Positions 25,378-37,758 of a DNA stretch of 64,000 nucleotides are shown piece by piece. This DNA is from Octopus sinensis. Lineage: Eukaryota. The stretch lies in assembly GCF_006345805.1 (NCBI RefSeq), contig NC_043001.1:129022001-129086000 (forward strand), written 5' to 3'. The first letter of the stretch is position 1. Each line of letters starts with the position of its first letter. The notes below the pieces were generated by a model that worked only from the letters and a program-made list of their open reading frames with translations, searched no databases and was not told where the DNA came from. The translations under genes were made by a program, and so were the position numbers.

Positions 25378-26337
25378 CTTGCAAGAAATGAAGCCAGTAT
25401 GCTCCGTTGGATGTGTAATGTCAGTGTTCATACCCGACAGAGTGTAAGTGCCTTGAGAGAAAAGTTGGACCTAAGAAGCATCAGATGTGGTGTGCAAGTG
25501 AGGCGTCTACGCTGGTATGGACATGTAGTAAGAATGGATGAAGATAGTTGTGTGAAAAAGTGCCACGCCCTAGCGGTTGAGGGAACCTGTGGAAGAGGTA
25601 GACCCAGGAAAACCTGGGACGAGGTGGTGAAGAATGACCTTCACGCTTTAGGTATCATCGAGGAAATGACCAGAGACCGAGACCTTTGGAAGTATGGTGT
25701 GCGCGAGAAGACCCGGCAGGACACGTGAGGCTATAACCCATGGCCCCTACCTGGAACGTAGTCAGTCCACCTGTGCATACCTTCCTTCTTGGGACACTTG
25801 TGAAGACCTGTTGAGGCAAGTGAAAATCAAATCAAATTAAAATCAAAATCGATGAACATCAATGGAATTTGTATTTTTGGTGGTACCAGTGCTGGTGGCA
25901 CATAAGAAAACCATCCGAACATGGCCGTAGCCAGTACCGCATCGACTGGCCTCCGTGCTGTGGGCACGTAACAAACACCATCCGATCGTGGCCGTGCCAG
26001 CCTCGCCTGGCCTCCGTGCCAGTGGCACGTAACAAACACCATCCGAGCGTGGCCGTTCGCCAGCCTCGTCTGGCACCTGTGTCGGTGGCACATAAAGTAC
26101 ACCATCCGAGCATGGCCGTTCGCCAGCCTCGTCTGGCACCTGTGTCGGTGGCACATAAAAAGCACCCACTACACTCATGGAGTGGTTGGCGTTAGGAAGG
26201 GCATCCAGCTGTAGAAACACTGCCAGATCTGACTGGCCTGGTGCAGCCTTCGGGCTTCCCAGACCCCAGTTGAACCGTCCAACCCATGCTAGCATGGAAA
26301 GCGGACGTTAAACGATGATGATGATGATGATGATGAT
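25378..26337 (+). mobile_element. 5'-truncated RTE LINE: open ORF tail (to 25728) plus a 3' UTR with ~60-bp tandem repeats and a (GAT)n tail
   Basis: EASMLRWMCNVS...RRLRWYGHVVRMDED...GRGRPRKTW..VV..DL...DRDLW is the typical RTE C-terminus. The gtggcac...accatccga unit recurs four to five times at 25895-26165. Flanked by (TA)n. Confidence 0.9.
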
Positions 26338-26349
26338 ATATATATATAT

Positions 26350-26745
26350 AATGTAAAGTATACTAGCCATCTCAATATGGCTAACCACTAAGGGTGGGTG
26401 TTACTGTAGCTTTTAGCCCCAGGAGATCATCGTCTCCAGCTGGCTTTAGGCACACTTTCTGTGCCCTTATGGTATTTGCAAAGGGAGGTCATCCTTCTCT
26501 CGTAAACCTAGGTGATATGCACGGACTGCAGTTTCCAGGTATTTGCCTGTCTTACGAGAGAAACTGCAGTCCATGCGTATCACTTAGGTTTACGAGAGAG
26601 GGATGACCTCCCTTTGCAAATACCATAAGGGCACAGAAAGTGTGCCTAAAGCCAGCTGGAGACGATGATCTCCTGGGGCTAAAAGCTACAGTAACACCCA
26701 CCCTTAGTGGTTAGCCATATTGAGATGGCTAGTATACTTTACGTT
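26350..26745. repeat. Near-perfect fold-back (~186-bp arms, 24-nt loop) in (TA)n
   Basis: 26350-26535 is the reverse complement of 26560-26745 with only a few substitutions. Confidence 0.97.
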
Positions 26746-27076
26746 GTCGAGCGGTTACTGTCTACATCTCGTTCAGAGATTTATTATTGCTATATATATA
26801 CACACACACATACATATATTTATTATTTTATTCCTTTTCTTGTTTGAGTCAGCTGACTGTGGCCATGCTGGAGCACCACCTTGAGGGGTTTTAGTTGAAC
26901 AAATCGACCTCAGGACTTATTTTATCAATATCTTTTACTGAACTGCCCATGTTATGGGGACTTAAACACACCAACACTGACTGTCAAGTGGTAATGGGGG
27001 ACATATACAGACACAAAGATACACACATAAAATATATACACATACAAACATACATACATGCATATATATATATATA

Positions 27077-27978
27077 TCTACTATATATGTGGGAAATTCT
27101 GTCTGTGGGTGTGTTTGTGGAGTTGTTAGCTAACTCTTCCTACATTGTTTTATCGATTTTGATGAAACTTGACACATGAGTAGAACTCATGTCTGGAAAC
27201 CTTATGGCATACTCAGATTGTTGAAAAAAGTCGATAATAGAGCCCCTGGAAGGCATCCTTATATATATCTAAGATACTTCATATTAATAGCCAAGGGAAA
27301 TAACTAATTCGCCCAGATTTTAACAAAGGGAAATAATGCATTCATTTTCCTAAATCATTTGGTATAAATCAAATTCAGTACGCTTATTTCTTAGTATTTA
27401 AACTGTTAGTGTTATTTTTTGCAATTTATCCAGTACAACCCTTAAACAAGTAAATAGTATTTTCCTAAACAATAGATCCACTTATTTAGGTTAGTGACTT
27501 ATTCACAAAAAACTAACACTAGTGCCACTGAGGGTAATATTCTCTGGGAATGCACAAAAGCCCTTTTCAGAGTTATTTACTTTGAATTGTTATTATCTCA
27601 TATCTGATTAGTTTGTTATTATGTAACATACTTCACGATTTTAGTATATATACCTTATTAGTATTTCCTCCTAAGTTCTATATACTCTGGGAACACATTA
27701 AAACCCTTTTCAGGGCTACATTATTTGAATTCTTACTATCAGGTAACTAATTTCATATTATTACATAACTGACTTCACAATTTGGTATTCATAACTTATT
27801 GGGAATTCCTAAAAACAAAATCCTGTGTAAGATAGTTCAGTATTCTCTGTAAATGCACAAAAACCGTTTTAAGAGTTACATACTTTGTATTGTTGGTATT
27901 GGATTAGCAAAACAATTATGAGAATGGATCAAAGGGATAAGCCCTGCTTTTCCAGGAATTACCAGGTACGTCAGCTAG
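27077..27978 (+). mobile_element. Non-autonomous Helitron (~900 bp) inserted in the (TA)n of a family A SINE
   Basis: 5' TCTACTATATA and 3' decayed hairpin plus gtacgtcagCTAG. SINE halves lie at 26830-27060 and 28010-28145. Three internal degenerate ~150-bp repeats. Confidence 0.65.
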
Positions 27979-28189
27979 AATATATATATATATACACACA
28001 CATATATATATACAATGGACTCCTTTCAGTTTCTGTCTACCAAATTGTTTGACTTAAGGCTATAGTAGAAGACACTTGTCCAAGGTATAATGCAATGGGA
28101 CTGAACCCAAAACCACGTGGTTAGTAAGTAAGTTTCTTAACACACACACATATATTTGTGTGCGCTTCCAACTTGTTAATGTGTAAACA

Positions 28190-28543
28190 TGTCGCATACC
28201 TGGCACCCGTGCTGGTGGCATGTAAAAAGCACCTTTCGGGTGTTGGGCCTCATGGAGGCAATGACAAATGACTGCGACATTTGGCAATATGCTGTGCTTG
28301 AGAAAGAAGATCCAGCAAGCTGAGTGAAATCACAGTTGTGGCAGATATTGGTGTCATGCAACTGGCACCTATGCTAGTAGCATGTAAAAGCACCCATTAC
28401 ACTCTTGGCGTTAGGAAAGGCATCCAACTGTAGAAACCATGCCAAATCAAACTGGAATCTGGTACAACCCCTCAGCTTACCAGCCCTGGTCAAACTATCC
28501 AACCTATGCCAGCATGGACAGTGGACATTAAATGATGATGATT
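28190..28543 (+). mobile_element. RTE-related 3' UTR/tail fragment
   Basis: ttggcgttaggaaaggcatccaactgtagaaac...ccaacctatgccagcatgga...(GAT)n, as at 26180-26337. A similar copy lies at 55716-56110. Confidence 0.7.
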
Positions 28544-28569
28544 ACAGTATATTAATTGCTTATAGTAAT

Positions 28570-28912
28570 CAGTCATGCAGCAAACACCAGAGAGTGTATT
28601 GTAGATCAATCTGAAGGTGGATTTAGCCAGTGTAAGATTACACAAGACCTTGGGATTCCTCTTGCCACAGTCAAATAGAGTGATTGTACAATTCACCAGC
28701 AAAGCAAAGAAATCAACAGCACCCTTCTCAAGTCAACCTGAGCCCTCTGACAGGTGTTTTTGGGCCATTCAGAGGATTGCTGAAAGCACCTGATGTTGCA
28801 GAGAAGCTCCAAACGACTTGGAGTAATTCTGTCTTCTGTGAGGTATCTCCATCAACTTAGCTACTATGGCAGACTGGCCAGAAGGAAACCTCTTCCTCGA
28901 CCAGAAAATACC
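28570..28912 (+). pseudogene. Tc1-like transposase relic (DNA-binding region)
   Basis: Fragments RECIVDQSEGGFSQCKITQDLGIPLATV and VRYLHQLSYYGRLARRKPLPRPEN. Confidence 0.75.
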
Positions 28913-29814
28913 TAAAGAAGAAAGGAGAAATAGATCTTTTAAAAATGATGGTGTCTAGTTTTGAGGTGTCTGTGTATTCTATCGAATGCACTAAATGCTT
29001 CATTTAAGTGAACAGTCTGTACTAAGCAAAACAAACACATGGCCAACTGTAATTCTGTAATGATTCATTTTAATATATAATGCAGTCATTCATGGGTTAG
29101 AGGAATGCATGTTATTAAGACATTGATTTTGTTGCTGAATTACCTTTCTGTCACTAATTCTTACCTGTTTTTATTTAAAGGAGTTTTCCTTCCACTTGTC
29201 TTCAACAGTGCAGAACAATTAGATGATTTTTTGACAAGGAAATGTCAATAAAAGCCACTGCCTATTGTTCCACAATTCTCACGTAAATCCCTCCTTTTCA
29301 CATAAATACATACATACATACTTACATATATATAATATTTTAAATGATTTATTTAAATTGCTATTGCACACATATTTCAATAATGGATTTAATATATGTT
29401 CATATAATAAATAACCATCATTTCTTTGTCAATTGAAATGTAAAGATGTAAAAATGTAAAAATGAAAAATAAATCTTTTAAATATTATAAAACATTATTG
29501 ATTTTTTTTTTATATGAACTGATCACCTAAGTAAAAAGTTTTTTTTCATAATTCACATCTTTTCCATACCGAGTTTCTATGTTACAGTCAACTGCTTCTG
29601 TCTTAAAACAATTTGATACATCTTTTCATTGAAATTTAACTACACACACACATGACATGCCTTGTACAGTTTCTGCACCCTAAAGTCACTCACAAGCATT
29701 ATTTGGCCCAATGCTATAGAAATTATTTGTCCAAGGTGCTGTTGAGAGGGATTGAACTCAAAGACATGTGGTTGTAAAGCAAACCCCCTTAGTCATGCAA
29801 CTATGCATTCACCC

Positions 29815-29845
<31 letters not shown>

Positions 29846-30298
29846 TGTATGTATGTATGTATGTATGTATGTATGTATGTATGTATGTATGTATGTATGC
29901 ACGTATGTATGTATGTATGTATGTATGTATACACGTATGTATGTATGTATGTATGTATGTGTGTATGTATGCACTTATGTATGTATGTATGTATGTATCT
30001 ATGTGTATGTATGTATGTATGCACGTATGTATGTATGTATGTATGTATGTATGTATGTATGTATGTATGTATGTATGTATATATGTATGTGTGTATGTAT
30101 GTATGTATGTTTGTATGTATGCACGTATGTATGTATGTATGTATGTATGCACTTATGTATGTATGTATGTATGTATGCATGTATGTATGTATGCACGTAT
30201 GTATGTATGTATGCACTTATGTATGTATGTATGCACTTATGTATGTATGTATGTATGTATGTATGTATGCACATATGTATGCATGTATGCATGTATGT
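29815..30298. repeat. ~480-bp (TATG)n microsatellite with recurrent gcac interruptions
   Basis: Direct reading of the sequence. Confidence 0.97.
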
Positions 30299-30956
30299 TA
30301 ATCAATTAAATTTCCTGAAATTTAAGTTCTAATTTATAAAAATTCACCTTTTTTTTATGAAATTTGATTGCTTAATTGTGAAATATTAGAGTTATGAAAG
30401 TGCAAAAAGAAACACCTTTAAATAAATGCCTCCATCCCACTCCGCTCCACATTAATAAGAATAGCAAAACTCAGCTGAAATGACTAATTACTTATTGAAT
30501 ATTCTAAATATATTCTTGTTATTATCATTATTTTTTTATTATCATATAACATGTACTACATTGATGTAGTATATTTGTTTGTCTTACTTCAAATTCTGAA
30601 ATTTATATTAAAAAGAGATCTACATGCTGTTTATTGTATTTTCTTTCTTTTCCCCTTTTTTTTTTGAGAGTTAAGTACAAAAGACTGTAATTTGAAGTAT
30701 TCATTAGACATTTTACACAAGGTGCTTTTCTTTTTTCTTTTACTTTCTGCCCTTTTTTAAATATAATTTTTAAACCTTTAGTTTGAATTTCGATAAAAGA
30801 TACCAATCTTACTGATTTTATCAATATGAGCATAGAAGTATACAAATTTACACACACACACACACACACACACATACATTTATGTGTATATTCCTTCATT
30901 TCATCATCATCAATTCATTCATTACTATTGTTGCTGTTGTGGCTGTTGTTGTTATG

Positions 30957-31004
<48 letters not shown>

Positions 31005-31477
31005 GTGTGAGAGAGCAGTGCATGCTATCAGAGTGACACTGGGGTAAAATATACAAAGCCCAGTATGCCCTTCATGACTACCCATCTGATAAGGGTACAC
31101 TAGGCACATGCATCACAACCATATGTGTGCGATATGGTGATCTCATATCAAGATAAACAGCACATGACCTCGCAGGTGGGGCCCAGCTAGAATTTTCTTC
31201 TGGTCAAGTAACCCATCTCACTCAAAAGGTCTCTGAATAAGGGTTGTTTAAGGATTTTGAACGAAACACCCATGTTTCCAGAGGTGAATTATTCAAATCC
31301 CAAAGAATCCCTCTAAACACATGGCTATGATGCTCCCCCACTACTTCTGCTCGTGATCAGAGATGCACATATTGTCAGCCACCAAGGGACATGCTTAACT
31401 GGTTAAGGTCAAACAACTGACAAGTAAATCTGTGGTATTGAACAGAATATTTGTTGTAGCCCATCTTTTATACCAAG
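31005..31477 (-). mobile_element. (AAT)n-targeted element, 5'-truncated copy
   Basis: Reverse complement of most of 4601-5154, abutting (ATT)n. Confidence 0.85.
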
Positions 31478-31501
31478 CTCTATAAAAGTTACTTTATTGT
31501 A

Positions 31502-32412
31502 TTCAGATGAGGAATAATTCATGAGCATTTCCTTCAAATTTAAAAATGCATGCAGAAATAAAACGCATTGGCAAAAAGTTTCATGTTATTTGAGAGAGAA
31601 GGTTTAGCTTGATAGGACAACATGTTTTGATTTTTAAAATTCTATTGATTTTAGTGTATTTTCTGATCATTAATATGGAATGTCAAGTGGACAAAACTGA
31701 GCATTTTCGACACTATTTGCTTTTTGCATTTGGTTGAGGAATCAAGTCCACCAAAGCAGCTTATAAGATTTATGCTGTTTATGGAGAAGGAGCAATGCCT
31801 CAGAGTACTGCCTGCCAATGGTTTTTGTGCTTCAGAAATGGGAACGTTAACCTCAAGGAAAGATCACATCAACCAACTGAGTTCAATGAAGAGCAACTGA
31901 ATCAATTTCTTCCCAAAAATCCACGTTAGACAACCAGGGAATTGATAGAGTAGATGGACTGTGATCAAACAACTGTGGTGAACCACCTTCACTCAATGGG
32001 CAAGGTTCACTCAATGGGCAAGGTTCGACGAACCTTGGTTGACTGGTGTGTGATCTGTCCTTGAGTTCAGAATTTCCATTTTTGAAGTGTGAAAACCAAC
32101 AGTGGGCAGTACCTTGAAGCATTGCTCCTTCTCCATGTACACCACAAATCTCACGAGCAGCTTCCTTAACACCTTAATTAAATGCAAAAAGCAAATGGTG
32201 TCGAAAATGCTCAGTGTTGTTCACTTGACATTCCATTTTAATGATCTGAAAATACACAAAAATCAACAGAATTAAAAAAAAATCAAAACACACTATCTTG
32301 TAGAGCAAGAAACTCTCTTTTAAATAACATAAAAACATTTTGCCAATGCGTTTTATTTCTGTGTGCATTTTTAAATTTGAAAGAAATGCTCATGAATTAT
32401 TCCTCATCCCAA
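31502..32412. mobile_element. Two mariner 5' halves in inverted, tail-to-tail orientation
   Basis: The TIR gatgaggaataattcatgagcattt is at both ends. The plus arm encodes MECQVDKTEHFRHYLLFAF...VYGEGAMPQSTACQWF..F.NGN...TVVNHLHSMGK. The minus arm encodes MECQVNNTEHFRHHLLFAFN...HCWFSHFKNGN. Confidence 0.9.
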
Positions 32413-33314
32413 TCTTTAGTTTTGTCTATCTATAGTCTAAATTCACACCCCAATCTTTGTCATGATCAACATTGCCATTAATCTTTCAGTGATTGATGTA
32501 ATGAGTATTAGTATAATTAAATATAATTAAAAGATACTGGACAAGTACTAATTAGTGCTAATGAGTCCTAATTAGTACTAATGAGTACTAATTCATTTAG
32601 CAAATGAAAGTATATACGTTTAGAATGTATTAAATCTTACTATAGAATATTTGAAGGGTTAGAATTACGAATTATTAACAAATGTATAATAATGTTTGTT
32701 ATGAAACAACTGATTTTGAAATGGTTGCCTGAATCCTGTTCTTATAAAAATAACTTCCACTCAAAAAGCCTCATAGCCATCACTTGCAAGTGTGTATGAT
32801 TTGTTGGTACATGCTTTTGCTAATTGCCTTAGATTTAGATGTTTATGTAGTTGTGAGTTGACACAGACACTCTGATGGATCTCCTCCCTTCGACCCAGCA
32901 GGATATCCAGGATGTGACAAGTGGAAGGAGAAAAGGTTGCACTAGTACTTGTATGGTGCTCGTTTTCATCTGAGCAGACTGAAGCAACAGGAAATGAAGC
33001 ATCTTGCCCAAGAATACTGTACAGGAATTGAACCCATAACCTTAAGATCATGATAGATAAATCCACCTACAACGGTATACTAATTACTCTGTCATAGGTA
33101 ATATTTTTTTTTTCTTGAAGAAATTAATATTGGTCTTGCAAGCTAATGAAACACTGTTCAGTTCTACATTGCTTTTGTGGTTCTTTAAATCCCAGTTCAG
33201 CACTGGTACCCGGCAGGTTTATGATCAAAAGCATTCCAGTATGATAATCGTGTATTTTTTAAGACATGCAGTTTCTCAATGCTATTCTCTCAGAAAATGC
33301 TTAAGTTAGGAATT

Positions 33315-33568
33315 CATCATCATCATCATCATCATCGTTTAACGTCCATTCTCCATTCTAGCATGGGTTGGATGGTTCGACCGGGAATCTGGGAAGCCAG
33401 AAGGCTGCACCAGGCTCCAGTCTGATCTGGCAGTGTTTCTACAGCTGGATGCCCTTCCTAACGCCAACCACTCCGTGAGTGTAGTGGGTGCTTTTTACGT
33501 GCCACCTGCACAGGTGTCAGGTGAGGCTTGCAACGGCCACGAACGGATTGGTGCATTTTACGTGCCAC
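33315..33568 (-). mobile_element. RTE-related 3' UTR fragment with a (GAT)n tail
   Basis: Reverse complement of the 26150-26337 region. Confidence 0.8.
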
Positions 33569-33822
33569 TCATTGTTACTGTTGATGTTGTTTAGTCCAGG
33601 TGAACCTTGCTTGTGCAGATCTATGATTCAAAGCATTCTAACTGTAACCAACTCACCTTTTTAGAGGGCATTCTAGGATTACATTTTGGAACGTGTCCTC
33701 TTTATTAAGATAGCAAGAAATGAATTGGGAAATATTAAGCTGCTATTTCTAGGAGAATAAATTACCATATAGAGACTCCCTAGATGGTTCAACAGTGTAG
33801 CTGTTTATCATAGTGATAATTT

Positions 33823-34207
33823 GTGGAGGCGCAATGGCCCAGTGGTTAGGGCAGCGGATTCGCGGTCATAGGATCGCGGTTTCGATTCCCAGACCGGGCG
33901 TTGTGAGTGTTTATTGAGCGAAAACACCTAAAAATGCTCCACGAGGCTCCGGCAGGAGATGGTGGTGATCCCTGCTGTACTCTTTCACCACAACTTTCTC
34001 TTACTTCCTGTTTCTGTTGTACCTGTATTTCAAGGGGCTGGCCTTGTCACTCTCTGTGTCACGCTGAATATCCCCGAGAACTACGTTAAGGGTGCACGTG
34101 TCTGTGGAGTGCTCAGCCACTTACACGTTAATTTCACGAGCAGGCTGTTCCGTTGATTCGGATCAACCGGAACCCTCATCGTCGTGACCGACGGAGTGCT
34201 TCCATCC
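33823..34207 (+). mobile_element. Young tRNA-derived SINE (family C-related head) with an 11-bp TSD
   Basis: A box tggcccagtgg and B box ggtttcgattccc, CpG-rich. agtgataattt occurs at 33812 and 34208. An older relative lies at 39260-39580. Confidence 0.85.
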
Positions 34208-34356
34208 AGTGATAATTTATACCTAAAGTTATTGGACTGATTCACAGAGTGTGTATGTGTGTATTATTTATATTATATATATTATGTATATATAAAAGTG
34301 GGTTGACAAAAGAAAGGAAGAGGCACTGAACACATCTAGTAGGAGTTACATATATT

Positions 34357-34751
34357 CTTTTCTACTCTAGGCACAAAGCCCGAAATTTTTGGGGAGGGGA
34401 CCAGTCAATTAGATCGACCCCAGTACACAACTGGTACTTAATTTATCGACCCTGAAAGGATAAAAGGCAAAGTTGACTTTGGCAGAATTTGAACTCAATA
34501 TAATGACAGATGAAATACCTATTTCTTTATTACCCACAAGGGGCTAAACACAGAGGGGACAAACAAGGACAGACATAGGTATTAAGTCGATTACATCGAC
34601 CCCAGTGCGTAACTGGTACTTAATTTATCGACCCCGAAAGGATGAAAGGCAAAGTCAACCTTGGCGGAATTTGAACTCACAACGTAACGGCAGTCGAAAT
34701 ACCGCTAAGCATTTCGCCCGACATGCTAACGTTTCTGCCAGCTTGCCACCT
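34357..34751 (-). mobile_element. Dimeric family B SINE with a 17-bp TSD
   Basis: taggagttacatatatt occurs at 34340 and 34752. The two bodies are joined at aaagaaatag|gtattt. Confidence 0.9.
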
Positions 34752-35029
34752 TAGGAGTTACATATATTATTATTTAAAACAGTTTAATTCAGCCCCATGC
34801 AACTTAAGGTCTTGTAGGGTTCTTACTGAAACCTAGTCATTGAACTCAGCCAAATCAGGCCATCTGACTCTGTAGGCTAAGTTTCTATCAGAAGCCTATG
34901 AAACTTTCAGTTGCATAGGGCTGACTCAAATTGTATATGTTTTGTGTGTGTGTGTGTGTGTGTGTGTTTGTGTGTGCATGCACATGTGTATGTATATGTG
35001 TGCATATATGTGCAAGTGTACACACACAC

Positions 35030-35249
35030 ACTCTTACTCTCTTACTCTTTTACTGGTGTCAGTCATTTGACTGCGGCCATGCTGGAGCACCGCCTTTAGT
35101 CAAGCAAATCGACCCTGGAACTTATTCTTTGTAAGCCCAGTACATATTCTATCGGTCTCTTTTGCCGAACCGCTAAGTAACGGGGACGTAAACACACCAG
35201 CATCGGTTGTCAGGCAATGCTAGGGGGACAAACACAGACACACAAACAT

Positions 35250-35300
<51 letters not shown>

Positions 35301-35465
35301 TACGACAGGCTTCTTTCAGTTTCCGTCTACCAAATCCACTCACAAGGCATTGGTCGGCCCGGGGCTACAGCAGAAGACACTTGCCCAAGATGCCATGCAG
35401 TGGGACTGAACCCGGAACCATGTTGTTGGTTAGCAAGCTACTTACCACACAGCCACTCCTGCGCC
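35030..35465 (-). mobile_element. SINE family A, full length
   Basis: Colinear, low-divergence copy. Confidence 0.9.
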
Positions 35466-36832
35466 ACACACACACACACTTAGAAAATGGGCATTGGTCA
35501 GTCCAAGATTTGGTAGAAAACACTTGCTCAAGATGCTGTATGGTAGGATTGAACCTTGAATCAAGAGGTTGTAAAGTGAATTGTTTAACCACACAGCCGT
35601 GCCTGAAGCACCCATATTGACTTATTTAAAGAAAATTGTTTGACCACATAGCGTTACCATTTAGTCTCTCTTCAGAATCCTATTTATTCCTTGATTTGAA
35701 ATATTTGAACTAACAAACATGGAAATAAAATTTGGTTGATTTAAAAAAAAAAAATTTTTTTTGGTTTAAAGAAATGAAAAAAAAAAAACAAACATCAAAG
35801 TGCTTTCTTGACCTTTCCTGAATATCTGACCTTTTACATTTTTAAAATTCTTTTCTATTTTTTTATATATTTATATTCGTTTATTATTTTGCTTTTTTTT
35901 TTTTTCAAATTTTTTTACAACCAATGCGACTGTAATATTATCCGCTTCATTTCTTTCCATAAAGTAAACTAATAGGACCAGGGAAGTATGTGCATGTGTG
36001 TATGTGTGCTGGTGTATGTGTTTCTGTGTGTGTATGTGAATGGGGTGGTGGGGGTGAGAGTAAACCAACACCAACAACAACAAAAACATATTCGATGCTT
36101 TGAACAAATTTTTCCTTGTTTTTCTTTATTTTTTTTTGTTTTTCTTTTGGTGGTGGTTGATATTTATCTTTCCTTTTGCGCACTTGTGTGAGTATGCGTG
36201 AGTCTGCGAGAACATGTATGTGTGTGATATTTTCCACTATTTTAGTACGGACCATTAGTTTACATAATGTTAAGTGTGTTCGCTATTGGTAACTGTGTTT
36301 AATTAGTTAATTTATATTTGTGTATGAGTGCATGTATATGTGTGTGTGTGTGTGTAGTGTATGTGTGTGCACATATCAATCTTTCTATAGATGTGCATGA
36401 TTGTGTGTATATATATTTGTATGTGTTTTTATCTACAAGCCTGTGTGTATCTATGTATGTATACATATATATATATATCTATATATACACACACATACAT
36501 GCATATGAATATACACACATATATGTATGTCTATGAATGTGTTTGAATTTATTCATTTATATGTATGTATGTATATATGAATGCATGTATATATATGTGT
36601 GTTTATGAGTTTCTATGTGCAGACATGTGTATGCCATAAGCAAAATTACTATCACAATTATAGCTCTACATTTTCTATGGATGAAAAAAGAAAATAACAC
36701 AAAAAAATCTAATCCTAACAGAAAAGATTAGATATGATATACACACAGACACACAGAGATAAATGCACAAACATACAGACTTAAATATATACACATGCAT
36801 ATATATATATATATACACACACATACACATAT

Positions 36833-36931
<99 letters not shown>

Positions 36932-37102
36932 TGCATGCAAATATATAAAAAAAATAAAAATAGAATAAAGAAAAGAGACCCTCGACATTAACTTTTGCCA
37001 AAAGAAAATTCAATTTTTCAAAATATATAAAGACTTTTATTCTTCAACAATTAACACTCTACTGAAAATGTGAAGCAAGAAGCAAGATTATTATTGTTAA
37101 TA

Positions 37103-37154
<52 letters not shown>

Positions 37155-37379
37155 CCTTATTATTATTATTATTATTATTATTTATTTATTTTTTAATTTT
37201 TTTTCTGCAGCAATTCATATTAATGATGCTTGAAGAAAACCTGTAAATGAAATGAAAGGCAGTGAGCAGAATGGTGGGGTGGGGATGGGGGATATGACAC
37301 AGAAAAAAAAAGAAACAAATAAACAGACAAATAAACAGTACAACAACAACAACAACCAAATACACACACACACACATAT

Positions 37380-37441
<62 letters not shown>

Positions 37442-37718
37442 TGCTGATCTCCCTTGAAGATGTTGAGCAGAAGAGAAGAAGTGACTAAATGGACATGAAT
37501 ATAGATGTCTCTCGGCAAATAAATACTAGACATCTTTTATCTTGAAAACTCAACAACTGGCCTGAGATGAAGGTTACAACTAATTATTACAAAGAACTCT
37601 TCTTCCTCCCCTGGAGGGCTATGCCGTGACTAGATTTTTGGAAGAATCAAGAAGAGATCTAAGTTATTTAAAGACCATCAAAACTAGTTGTTTGTAATAG
37701 TTGTTGTTGCTATTATTA

Positions 37719-37758
<40 letters not shown>

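Noticed and set aside
33823-33900. Functional tRNA genes at SINE heads (also 41930-42004 and 44484-44550)
   Set aside because: A and B boxes are present but acceptor stems are not intact, and each runs into a repeat body.
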